Source of the DNA: Anaeramoeba ignava BMAN | Lineage: Eukaryota; Protista; Anaeramoebae | Assembly (NCBI GenBank): GCA_028826165.1 | Contig: JAPDFW010000008.1 | Span: forward strand, 33,859-97,858 | Direction: 5' to 3' | DNA length: 64,000 bases | In this document: in pieces, positions 47,021-60,641 of the stretch | Position numbering within the stretch: position 1 is the stretch's first letter | Layout of the letters: each line of letters starts with the position of its first letter | The notes under the pieces: generated by a model | Databases searched by the model: none | What the model saw: the letters and a program-made list of their open reading frames with translations, nothing else | Told to the model about the DNA's origin: nothing | Made by a program: the position numbers and the translations under genes

Positions 47021-50000
47021 TTAATTTGTTTGTATTGGAGATTTTTCATCTGAATGATCAGAATCAGTTTGGTCAACTGAGGTATAAGTTAAATCAAAGA
47101 TTAAAACTGGTGTTTTCTTTGGTTCAACATAACGAATTTCATAAGAATCAAAATCAGAAATCATTTCTGATAATTGATCAGTTTTTTCAATAAAAGAAGA
47201 AATCCATAAAATCATTGATTTAGAAGTTGGTCCAAAATCATGAGAATAATTTCGAAATAAAATTGGAAGAACAATCTAAAATTAATTTAAATATTTTTAT
47301 ATATTAAATATTTTTATAAATTAAATTAAATATTTATATAAATTAAATATTTTTATAAATTAAATATTTATATAAATTAAATTATATTAAATATTTTTAT
47401 AAATATTTTTATAAATTAAATTAAATATTTTTATAAATATTAACCTTTTTTGTTTTTGTACTAAAAATCATTTTTGTTTGAAGAAAATTTGTTGTCATAG
47501 AATTTAATTCATCATCAAAAGTATCAGAATAAAAAACTCTTAAAATTGGGGTTTGAGAATGAAGAGCTAATAAAGCAAAATGAATACGAGGATCAAAATG
47601 AGTGAGAGAAAAATACTTTTTATTATCATTTTTCTTAAGTTGAGGAAAAGAATTTTTATCATTTCTAAGAATTGCATGTTTTATTTCTTGAAGAGTTAGA
47701 AAATTTCCAGCGATATTATATCCATATTCATCAAATATATGTTCATCAAGAATATTTGTATCTGGAGAAAGTCGAAGAACAGCAATATGAAAAATGAGAA
47801 TATTATAAAGATTGATAAAAAATGGGATTTTTTGTTCAGGCAAAAGACTTTTTAATTTAATCTAATTTTTAATTGAATTTATAAATGAATTTTAATTTTT
47901 ATCCGATTTTAATTTTAATTTTAATTTTAATTTTTATCTAATTTTAATTTTATAAATGAATTTTAATTTTGATTTTAATTTTAATTTTAATTTTAATTTT
48001 AATTTTTATCCGATTTTAATTTTTAATTGAATTTTTAAATGAATTTTATTTTTAAATTTTATTTATAAATGAATTTTACTTTTTGTAGTTCTGTTGTTGC
48101 TAAAATAAATCTAAGAAAAAGTATTGATTTTGATAATGAAAATAAATCTATTTGTTCAGTACTCACAGAATATCTTGAATGACACATATCAATAATAAAT
48201 TCAGTAAGTGATTCAACAACCTTTTGAGGATGTCTTGGTTTTCCTGAAAATTCAATAGCTAAATTTAATATATTTTGATTTTGTTGTTCAAAAGAAAGAT
48301 GAGCAATCTAAATTGGTTTTTAAAATTTGAATTAATTTCATGTTAAAAGAAAAATATTAAGAATAAAAAAAAATTTTCACTTTTGAATGTAAATGAGATT
48401 TTGTTGGATTTTGAATATCTTCATAAAACATTGATTGTTTGAAATCTGGAAGAACCTTTTCATTCAAAAAAGTACGAATTTGTTCTTTTTCCTTAATTTT
48501 TAGAATGAAAAAAAAATTATGAAAAATTATTATTGGAAAAAAAAAAAGGGATTGAAAATATTTACAGGTTCAAATAATTTTTCATCAAGAGTATCTTTTT
48601 TAATAATTTGATGAATTTCTTTTCTTCTTTTTAAAGGTAAATTAATTTCAAATAAGGAATCAGTTTTAATATGTTTGTGATAAATTTGTTCTGCAGTTTT
48701 TTTGCGAATCTATTATTTAAAATAAATAAATAATAATAAATAAATACAAAATAAATAAAAATAATTTTACTTGTGGATCTTGAATTTCTTGATAAAGACA
48801 AATTTCTTTATAAAAAATAAATGGTTCATATTTTAATTGTCGACAAAGAAAATCAATAAAAAGAAGAGATCTAAATTTGCTTTTGGCTATATCATCAACA
48901 GAATCCCATAACTAGAAAAAAAAATCATTTTTCTTTTCAATTGAAATTGAAAATTGGGAATAAAAAAAATTATTTACATTTTGATGAGCTTGAAAATCAC
49001 TAATTATTTTTTGAGTTAAATCAATGAATTAGAAAATTAATGAATTAAAAAATTAATAAATTACTCTATTGATTGATTTGTTGAAATTGAGAGATTGTCT
49101 TCATCAGACCAAGCTGTTGTTTCTTCGATATCATGAGTCTAAATAAAATTTTTTAATTTGAATTTATTTTAATTTTGAATTGAATTTTTTATTTGAATTT
49201 ATTTTAATTTTGAATTGAATTTTTTAATTGAATTTTTAAATTACTCGAGAATCGATGGAAAATGATCTTTCTTTTGGAATATGATGCAATTTTAACTCTT
49301 CATGTTCTTGTCTTAATTTTTGGAAAGATTCTTTTTCTAATTCAATTTTTTGTTTCAATTCTTTCATTTTTTCAATTTTCCTTTGATTTTCCAAACTTTT
49401 TTGAAGAAATGAAAGTTTTAAAGATAATTTCTGATTCAAAATATCAAGATTTTGTTCATCAATTTGAGATTTATCTTGAGAATAAAATTGAACAAGATTT
49501 TCTTCATTTTCTAATTGATTTTTCATGTCTTGATTTTGTTGTTTTTGCTTTTGAATTCTTTCCTTCATTTTTTGAATAGAATTAGTCTTTTGATCAAATA
49601 AAGCATTTGCTTTTAGTTTTTCAATTTCGAAACGAAGTTCTTCTTTTTCTTCTTTAAGATTAGATAGCAAAGTATTAAATTCTTTTGTGTTTGATTGAAG
49701 TTTTTCAAAATCAATTAATTGATATGTTTTTTCCAAATCACGAGATAATTTTTCCATATCGATATTTGCACTTCTGAGTCTTTCTTTAACGCTATTTAAC
49801 GTGGAAATGATAGATCCACTTCGATCTTTTTGAATAAGATTTTTTTTTTTAAATTTAAGTTGTTTAATTTGCTTTTTAAGTGATTCAATTAATTGTGGAT
49901 TTGATTCAGTTTCTTTTTGATGTATTTCTATTTCTTCTTTTAATGAATTTGCATCAAGTTTTGGTTGAGAAAGTGGATAATATATGCATTGAATGGCTTC

Positions 50001-52362
50001 ATTTTCTCCAATTTTGATTATTGTTGACATAACATGACTCCACATTTTCCTTTTTTTTGAATCAAGCCATAAAAAATCTGTTTCAAAAAAGCTGTTCTTT
50101 CTATTTAATTTTTAATATTTAATTTATAAATATTTAATTTATAAATATTTAATTTTGAATTTAATATTGAATTTAATTTTGAATTTTGAATTTAATTTTG
50201 AATTTAATTTTGAATTGAATATTGAATTTAATTTTGAATTTAATTTTGAATTTAATTTTGAATTTTGAATTTAATTTTGAATTTAATTTTGAATTTAATT
50301 TTGAATTTAATTTTGAATTTAATTTTGAATTTAATTTTGAATTTAATTTTGAATTTAATATTGAATTTAATATTGAATTTAATTTTGAATTTAATTTTGA
50401 ATTTAATATTTAATTTAATATTGAATTTAATTTTGAATTTAATTTTGAATTTAATATTGAATTTAATTTTAAATATTTAATTTTGAATTTAATATTTAAT
50501 TTAATTTTTAATTTTGAATTTAATTTTTAATTTAATTTTGAATTTAATTTTGAATTTAATTTTGAATTTAATTTTGAATTTAATTTTGAATTTAATTTTG
50601 AATTTAATTTTAATTTAATTTTGAATTTAATTTTTAATTTAATTTTGAATTTAATTTTGAATTTAATATTGAATTTAATTTTTAATTGAATTTTGAATTT
50701 AATTTTTAATTTAATTTTGAATTTAATTTTGAATTTAATTTTGAATTTAATATTGAATTTAATTTTGAATTTAATTTTGAATTTAATTTTTAATTTAATT
50801 TTTAATTTAATTTTGAATTTTGAATTTAATATTGAATTTAATTTTGAATTTAATTTTGAATTTAATATTGAATTTAATTTTGAATTTAATATTGAATTTA
50901 ATTTTTAATTTAATATTGAATTTAATTTTGATTTAATTTTGAATTTAATTTTGAATTTAATTTTGAATTTAATTTTTAATTTAATATTGAAATTGAAATT
51001 TTGAATTTAATTTTTAATTTAATTTTTGAATTTAATTTTGAATTTAATATTGAATTTAATTTTGAATTTAATTTTGAATTTAATTTTAAATTTAATTTTG
51101 AATTTAATATTGAATTTAATTTTTAATTTAATTTTGAATTTAATTTTAATTTAATTTTGAATTTAATTTTGAATTTAATTTTTAATTTAATATTGAATTT
51201 AATTTTCTATTTAATTTTTAATTTAATTTTGAATTTAATATTGAATTTAATTTTAAATTTAATTTTGAATTTAATTTTGAATTTAATTTTGAATTTAATA
51301 TTGAATTTAATTTTGAATTTAATTTTGAATTTAATTTTGAATTGAATATTGAATTTAATTTTGAATTTAATTTTGAATTTAATTTTGAATTTAATTTTGA
51401 ATTTAATATTGAATTTAATATTGAATTTTGAATTTAATTTTGAATTTAATTTTGAATTTAATTTTGAATTTAATATTTAATTTAATATTGAATTTAATAT
51501 TAAATTTAATTTAATTTTGAATTTAATTTTGAATTTAATTTTGAATTTAATTTTGAATTTAATTTTGAATTTAATTTTGAATTTAATTTTGAATTTAATT
51601 TTGAATTTAATATTTAATTTTTAATTTAATTTTGAATTTAATTTTGAATTTAATTTTGAATTTAATATTGAATTTAATTTTGAATTTAATTTTAAATTTA
51701 ATTTTGAATTTAATATTGAATTTAATTTTGAATTTAATTTTGAATTTAATTTTGAATTTAATATTGAATTTAATTTTTAATTTAATTTTGAATTTAATTT
51801 TGAATTTAATTTTGAATTTAATTTTGAATTTAATTTTGAATTTAATTTAATTTTGAATTTAATTTTTAATTTAATTTTGAATTTAATTTTGAATTTAATT
51901 TTTAATTTAATTTTGAATTTAATTTTGAATTTAATTTTGAATTTAATTTTTAATTTAATATTGAATTTTTAATTTAATTTTGAATTTAATTTTGAATTTA
52001 ATTTTGAATTGAATTTTGAATTTAATTTTGAATTTAATTTTTAATTTAATATTGAATTGAAAAAAAAAATTTTTTTTACGTTAAAATGAAAAAAAAATAT
52101 GTTGAAATAATTACCGAATATTATCAATTGCAAAATCCATTATTTTAGCTGATTCAATTTCAATCTTTTCTTGAATTTCTGGAACAAACTTTTCAACAGA
52201 ACTATTTATAAAATGTTTACCAAAAAAATGTTCTGCTTTTTTATTAGCAGCAATAACTTTCTTTTGAAAATCCATTGTGAAAATTGGTTGTTTTTGTTTA
52301 GAAATCAATTGTTGATATTTTTTTAAATGTTTTTGTTGAAAAACAGAAGGAGAAGCACCCAT
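47021..52362 (-). CDS. PAS - coiled coil - RGS - DUF547 protein with a possible N-myristoylation motif, 10 exons
   Basis: MGASPS start. PAS: PIFTMDFQKKVIAANKKAEHFFG...FETDFLWLDSKKRKMWSHV. RGS: LFIDFLCRQLKYEPFIFYKEI...AEQIYHKHIKTDSLFEINLP...VLPDFKQSMFY (48380-48910). DUF547: FFINLYNILIFH, LQEIKHAILRN, DPRIHFAL, YSHDFG. Phases are consistent. Confidence 0.82.
50140..52060. repeat. (GAATTTAATTTT)n 12-mer satellite filling the 2.0-kb intron 1 (50101-52114)
   Basis: Seen directly. Confidence 0.93.
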
Positions 52363-52638
52363 TTTAATTTAATTAAAAAAATTGAAAAATGAAAAATGAA
52401 AAATGAAAAATGAAAAATGAAAGGTGAAAAAATTAAATTAAAAAAAAAATTTGAGAAAAAGAAATTGAAACAAAAAACATTTTTTAATTTTATTTTTAAA
52501 AAAGAATTTTGTTTTGATTTATTTTTCTTTGTTGTTCTTACTTTTAAAAAAAAATAAAAAAGAAAAAGAAAAAGAAAAATTTTTTTCATTTTTTTTTATT
52601 TTTTAAATAATATTTTCAATTTATTTTTATTTAAGAAA

Positions 52639-54682
52639 ATGCAAGAAACAATAAAAAGAAAAGAAGGAGAATTTGAAATTCATACTGAAAAAGTAAATTT
52701 TGCTTTTAAATTTTAATTTTGCTTTTTTTTTTATTTATTAAATTTTTGCTTTTTTTTAGGTTCTTGTTTTCAAAAATGGAGATTGTCTTTTTGTTAAAAG
52801 ATGCAAAGGATATGAAAAAAGAAAGGAATATTGGACAGAAGAAATTCCAAATAACGCAATTCTTGGATCATTTTGGGTAACTCCAATAAAAGGAAAGTTA
52901 GTAAGTTTTGATGTTGGAATAAGAACAGTAACAGAAAAATCAGTAGAAAAAGTATCTTGTGAATCGTATTTGGAACTCTTATTGGAAAACAAAGGAAAGT
53001 CTTGCACTGTCTATTTGGCTGATGGAAATTTCAAGGGAGTTATCAGAGATGTTTTGATTGAAAAATCGGGAATTGAAAAAAAACCGGAAGAAGAAAATCA
53101 AGTTATTACTCATAAATCAAGTGCTCAATTATTTGTTTTGGAAACTGATGAAGGTGATTTGGTGCTGAAAATCAGTGATATCAAGAGATTGATTCTTCCG
53201 AGACAAAGTGAGATTCAAACCAGAGTTGTTGAAACAAAAACAACAAAAAGATTAGTATTTCATTTTGAAGAAGATCAAGAAAAAGAAAATCAAAAAGAAA
53301 ATCAAAAAGAAAATCAAAAAGAAAACGATAATAATGATAATAATGATAAGGATCTTGAATTAAGTATTGAGGATAATGAAAAAAGTGAAAAGGATTTTGC
53401 TCCTCGTGAACTTGTTCTGATGTATTTCTCAGTTGGATTAGTTCGTTGGATTCCTACTTATCGATTAAGACTTCCTGAAGAAAAAAAAGAAGAAGAAAAA
53501 AAAGAAGAGGAAAAAAAAGATCAAGAAAAAAAAGATCAAGAAAAAAAAACCAAAAGAGGAAAAAAAGAAATCGAAAAAGAAATTTTGCCGCCAAAAGATA
53601 AAAAATGCTTACTGGATTGCCAAGCAGAAATTATTAACGTTGGTGAAGATATTGTGGATTCTTATATGGATCTTGTTGTTGGAGTTCCTTCTTTTAAATT
53701 TACTGACATGATCTCCCCTTTTGCACTTCAACAGAAAATTCAGAATCTTTTGAAAGAAAAAGTACCTGAATTAATGGGAGTTTCCAAAAGTCAAAATGTC
53801 ACTTTGAGATCTGATCGTTATGGACATTTTTTAATGTCACAAGAACCAACTCCAATGAACCATCATTCAGCGTTAATGACCCAACAATTACCATCACAGG
53901 ATTTTATGCAACAACAATTTGAACCAGATCAATTCCAAAATAAAATGGCAAATCCAATAGAAAATCAAATTGAAAATGAAAATGAAAATGAAAATCAAAT
54001 TGAAAATCAAGAAGATGAAAAACAAGAAAAAAAAAGTGATTTATTTGTTTATCATCTTCCTAAAATCACACTTCTTAAAGATTCTCGAGCAGGTGTCATG
54101 TTAAAAGAAGGATTGAAAGTTGGATTTCGAGACACTTATATTTTGGAACGAAAAATTTTGAGTGGATATAGCGGACCAAGAAAAGAAGGAAACAAAATTG
54201 AACATAAAATTGAAGTGAAAAACACAACAAAAATCCCATTTTCAACTGGAGCAATTATGGTTTTTTCAGGAAATGATCCTGTGTCTCAAGATTTAGTTAC
54301 TTATACTCCTCCAAATCAAAGAGTAAGAATTCCTTTAACAACTGCAGTTGATGTTCAAGCTTCACCAACAGAAATTGTTGAGATTAAAAGAAAAAATGTC
54401 AAAAAAAACAAACAAAATTATTTCCATATTTCTAATAAGGCAGAATTTTCAGTTACAAATTTTAAACAATCAGAAATTTATTTGGTAATTACTGTTTATG
54501 TTGGTGGAAAAGTTACAAAAGCAGAAGGTGGAAAAATTACTATTTCTGCTTATCGTTCAGAAGATTTTTATCAAAGTTATTGTTCTATAAATAATAGTTC
54601 TAAAATTATTTGGAAAAAACAATTACCAGCAAGAAACAAATGGAGTGGAACTTTCTTTTATGAATTTTTCCTTGCTCAATAA
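52639..54682 (+). CDS. DUF4140/DUF4139-like protein of bacterial type, about 658 aa. Exons 52639-52692, 52760-54682
   Basis: KVLVFKNGDCLFVK, IPNNAILGSFW, LMYFSVGLVRWIPTYRL, AEIIN..D...DLVVGVPSFKF, DLFVYHLPKITL, HKIEVKNTTKIPFSTG, TYTPP...LTTAVDV. Family assigned from motif recall. Confidence 0.65.
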
Positions 54683-54783
54683 AAATAAAAATAATTTTTT
54701 AAAAAAATTAGTAATCAGAAAAAAATTTTTTTATTTTTTTTTTCATTTTTTCATTTTTTTCCTTTTATTTTATTTTTATATAA

Positions 54784-57700
54784 ATGCCACCAATTAAAGG
54801 AAATCCAAGAAAAACAAGACCTTCAAGAAGAAAAGGAGTAAACTATTAAATTAAATATTAAATTAAATATAAAATTAAATATAAAATTATTTATAAAATT
54901 ATTTATAAAATTATATATAAAATTATATATAAAATTATTTATTAAATTATTTATAAAATTATTTATAAAATTAAATATAAAATTATTTATAAAATTATTT
55001 ATAAAATTAAATATAAAATTAAATATAAAATTAAATATAAAATTATTTATAAAATTATTTATAAAATTAAATATAAAATTATTTATAAAATTATTTATAA
55101 AATTATTTATAAAATTATTTATAAAATTAAATATAAAATTATTTATAAAATTAAATATAAAATTATTTATAAAATTATTTATAAAATTATTTATAGAATT
55201 ATTTATAAAATTATTTATAAAAATTATATAAAATTATTTATAAAATTATTTATAAAATTATTTATAAAATTATTTATAAAATTATTTATAAAATTATTTA
55301 TAAAATTATTTATAAAATTATTTATAAAATTAAATATAAAATTATTTTATAAAATTATTTATAAAATTATTTATAAAATTATTTTATAAAATTAATTATA
55401 AAATTAAATATAAAATTAAATATAAAATTATTTATTAAATTAACATAAAATTATTTTATAAAATTATTTATAAAATTATTTTAAAAATTATATATAAAAA
55501 TTATATATAAAATTATATATAAAAATTATTTATAAAATTATTTATAAAATTATTTATAAAATTATTTATAAAATTATTTTATAAAATTATTTATAAAATA
55601 TTATTTAAAAATTATATATAAAATTATTTATAAAATTATTTATAAAATTATTTATTTCAAATTAAATATAAAATTATTTATAAAAATTATTTATAAAATT
55701 ATTTATAAAATTAAATATAAAATTAAATATAAAATTATTTATAAAATTAAATATAAAATTAAATATAAAATTATTTATAAAATTAAATATAAAATTATTT
55801 ATAAAATTAAATATAAAATTAATTATAAAATTATTTATAAAATTAAATATAAAATTATTTATAAAATTAAATATAAAATTATTTATAAAATTAAATATAA
55901 AATTATTTATAAAATTAAATATAAAATTAATTATAAAATTATTTATAAAATTATTTATAAAATTAAATATAAAATTATTTTATAAAATTAATTATAAAAT
56001 TAATTATAAAATTATTTATAAAATTTTATATTTATAAAATTATTTATAAAATTAAATATAAAATTAAATATAAAAATTATTTATAAAAATTATTTATAAA
56101 ATTATTTATAAAATTATTTATAAAATTATTTATAAAATTAAATATTAAATTAATTATAAAATTATATATAAAATTAAATATAAAATTATTTATAAAATTA
56201 TTTATAAAATTAAATATAAAAATTAAATATAAAATTATTTATAAAATTATTTATAAAATTAAATTTAAAATTAATTATTAAATTAAATATTAAATTATTT
56301 ATAAAATTAAATATTAAATTATTTATAAAATTTAAATATAAAATTATTTATAAAATTATTTATAAAATTAAATATAAAATTATTTTATAAAATTAATTAT
56401 AAAAAAATATTTATAAAATTAGTTATTAAATTAATTATAAAAATTAGTTATTAAATTAATTATAAAATTATTTATTAACTTAATTATAAAATTATTTATA
56501 AAAATTAAATATAAAATTAAATATAAAATTATATATAAAATTATTTATAAAATTATTTTATAAAATTATTTATAAAAATTATTTATAAAATTATTTATAA
56601 AATTATTTATAAAATTATTTATAAAATTATTTATAAAATTATTTATAAAATTATTTTATAAAATTAAATATAAAATTAAATATAAAATTAAATATAAAAT
56701 TAAATATAAAATTATTTATAAAATTATTTATAAAATTAATTATAAAATTAAATATAAAATTATTTATAAAATTAATTATAAAATTATTTATAAAATTATT
56801 TATAAAATTAATTATAAAATTAAATATAAAATTATTTATAAAATTATTTATAAAAATTATTTATAAAATTATTTATAAAATTAAATATAAAATTATTTAT
56901 AAAATTAAATATAAAATTAAATATTAAATTAATTATAAAATTATTTATAAAATTATTTATAAAATTATTTATAAAATTAATTATAAAATTAAATATAAAA
57001 TTAAATATAAAATTAAATATAAAATTAAATATAAAATTAAATTTAAAATTAATTATTAAATTAAATATTAAATTATTTTATAAAATTAAATATTAAATTA
57101 TTTTATAAAATTTAAATATAAAATTATTTATAAAATTATTTATAAAATTAAATATAAAATTATTTTATAAAATTAATTATAAAAATATTTATAAAAATTA
57201 GTTATTAAATTAATTATAAAATTAGTTATTAAATTAATTATAAAATTATTTATTAACTTAATTATAAAATTATTTATAAAATTAAATATAAAATTAAATA
57301 TAAAATTATATATAAAATTATTTTATAAAATTATTTTATAAAATTATTTTATAAAATTATTTATAAAATTATTTATAAAAATTATTTATAAAATTATTTT
57401 ATAAAATTATTTTATAAAATTATTTATAAAATTATTTATAAAAATTAAATATAAAATTAAATATAAAATTAAATATAAAATTAAATATAAAATTATTTAT
57501 AAAATTATTTATAAAATTAATTATAAAATTAAATATAAAATTATTTTATAAAATTAATTATAAAATTATTTATAAAATTATTTATAAAATTAATTATAAA
57601 ATTAAATATAAAATTATTTATAAAATTATTTATAAAATTATTTATAAAATTATTTTATAAAATTAAATATAAAATTATTTTATAAAATTAAATATAAAAT

Positions 57701-60366
57701 TAAATATTAAATTAATTATAAAATTATTTATAAAATTATTTATAAAATTATTTATAAAATTAATTATAAAATTAAATACAAAAATTAAATATAAAATTAA
57801 ATATAAAATTAAATATAAAATTAAATTTAAAATTAATTATTAAAATTAAAATTATTTATAAAATTAAATTAAATTATTTATAAAATTTAAATATAAAATT
57901 ATTTATAAAATTATTTATAAAATTAAATATAAAATTATTTATAAAATTAATTATAAAATTATTTATAAAATTATTTATAAAATTATTTATAAAATTATTT
58001 ATAAAATTATTTTATAAAAATTATTTATAAAATTATTTATAAAATTATTTATAAAATTATTTATAAAATTAATTATAAAATTATTTATAAAATTAATTAT
58101 AAAATTAAATATAAAATTATTTATAAAATTAATTATAAAATTAAATATAAAATTATTTATAAAATTATTTATAAAATTATTTATAAAATTAAATATAAAA
58201 TTATTTATAAAATTATTTATAAAATTATTTATAAAATAATTTATAAAATTATTTATAAAATTATTTTTATAAAATTATATATTAAATTATTTTATAAAAT
58301 TATTTATAAAATTAAATATAAAATTATTTATAAAATTAATTATAAAATTAATTATAAAATTAAATATAAAATTAAATATAAAATTATTTATAAAATTATT
58401 TATAAAATTATTTATAAAATTATTTATAAAATTAAATATAAAATTATTTATAAAATTAAATATAAAATTAAATATAAAATTAAATATAAAATTAATTATA
58501 AAATTAAATATAAAATTATTTATAAAATTATTTTATAAAATTAAATATAAAATTATTTATAAAATTATTTATAAAATTAAATATAAAATTATTTATAAAA
58601 ATTATTTATAAAATTATTTATAAAATTATTTATAAAATTATTTATAAAATTAAATATTAAATTAAATATAAAATTATTTATAAATTTAAATATAAAATTA
58701 AATATAAAATTATTTATAAAATTAAATATAAAATTATTTATAAAATTATTTATAAAATTATTTATAAAATTATTTATAAAATTATTTATAAAATTATTTA
58801 TAAAATTAAATATTAAAATTAAATATAAAATTAAATATTAAAATTATTTATAAAATTATTTATAAAATTAAATATAAAATTAAATATAAAATTATTTATA
58901 AAATTAAATATAAAATTAAATATAAAATTATTTATAAAATTAAATATAAAATTATTTATAAAATTATTTATAAAATTATTTATAAAATTATTTATAAAAT
59001 TAAATATAAAATTATTTATAAAATTATTTATAAAATTATTTATAAAATTATTTATAAAATTAAATATAAAATTATATATAAAATTATTTATAAAATTATT
59101 TATAAAATTATTTATTAAATTATTTATTAAATTATTTATAAAATTATTTATAAAATTGAATATTAAATTAATTATAAAATTATTTATAAAATTATTTATA
59201 AAATTAATTATAAAATTATTTATAAAATTAAATATAAAATTAAATATAAAATTATTTATAAAATTATTTATAAAATTATATATAAAATTAAATATAAAAT
59301 TATTTATAAAATTATTTATAAAATTATTTATAAAATTAAATATAAAATTAATTTATAAAATTAATTATAAAATTAAATATAAAATTATTTATAAAATTAA
59401 TTATAAAATTATTTATAAAATTATTTATAAAATTATTTATAAAATTAATTATAAAATTATTTATAAAATTAATTATAAAATTATTTATAAAATTAAATAT
59501 AAAATTAAATATAAAATTATTTATAAAATTAATTATAAAATTATTTATAAAATTATTTATAAAATTAAATATAAAATTAAATATAAAATTATTTATAAAA
59601 TTATTTATAAAATTATTTATAAAATTATATATAAAATTAAATATAAAATTATATAAAATTAAATATAAAATTATTTATAAAATTAAATATAAAATTAAAT
59701 ATAAAATTAAATATAAAATTAAATATAAAATTAATTATAAAATTATTTATAAAATTATTTATAAAATTATTTATAAAATTATTAATAAAATTATTTATAA
59801 AATTAATTATAAAATTAATTATAAAATTATTTATAAAATTAAATATAAAATTAAATATAAAATTAAATATAAAATTAAATATAAAATTAAATATAAAATT
59901 AAATATAAAATTATTTATAAAATTATTTATAAAATTATTTATAAAATTATTTATAAAATTATTTATAAAATTATTTATAAAATTATTTATAAAATTATTT
60001 ATAAAATTATTTATAAAATTATTTATAAAATTATTTATAAAATTATTTATAAAATTATTTATAAAATTATTTATAAAATTATATATAAAATTATTTATTA
60101 AATTATTTATTAAATTAAATATAAAATTATTTATTAAATTAATTATAAAATTTTAGAGAACTTCAAAAAGAGTTTATTTTATTAGACAACTTATTAGAGA
60201 AGTTTCTGGTTTTGCACCTTATGAAAGAAGAACTATTGAACTTATTAAAAATGGAAGAGAAAAAAGAGCTTTGAAATTTTGCAAAAAAAGACTTGGAACT
60301 CAAAAAAGAGCTAAAAAGAAAAGAGAAGAACTTCAAAATTATGTCTTATCTTTAAGAAAAAAATAA
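54784..60366 (+). CDS. RPL36: 60S ribosomal protein eL36, 87 aa. Exons 54784-54837 and 60157-60366, split by a 5319-nt intron
   Basis: [18 protein letters not shown]|[61 protein letters not shown] at 54838, TAG at 60154-60156, phase 0. Confidence 0.95.
54845..60150. repeat. (ATAAAATTATTT/ATAAAATTAAAT)n 12-mer satellite, about 5.3 kb, forming the RPL36 intron
   Basis: Seen directly. Rare variants (TTAGTTATT, ATTAACT) recur about 780 bp apart, near 56420-56480 and 57200-57260. Confidence 0.95.
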
Positions 60367-60641
60367 ATAGAAAAGAAAAGAAAAGAAAAGAAAAGAACAA
60401 TAATTTTTAAAGACATTTTTTTTTCATTTCAAAAATAATAATTTTTCTTTTTACATTTTAAAAGGAAATAAAAACAGAACAAAATTTTAAATTGAAAAAT
60501 TTTTTTTTAAGAAATTAAAAATTTCATTTTTTTCTTTCTTTCTTTCTTTCTTTGTTTCTTTGTTAAATTGTTTTTTTTTCTTTTATAATTTTATTTTTAG
60601 AAAGAAAAAAAAAAAATAAAATTATAATTAAATAGAATTCT

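Noticed and set aside
56415-57230. Recursive splice sites or micro-exons in the RPL36 intron
   Set aside because: The rare TTAGTT variants do not form AG|GT or AG-NNN-GT.
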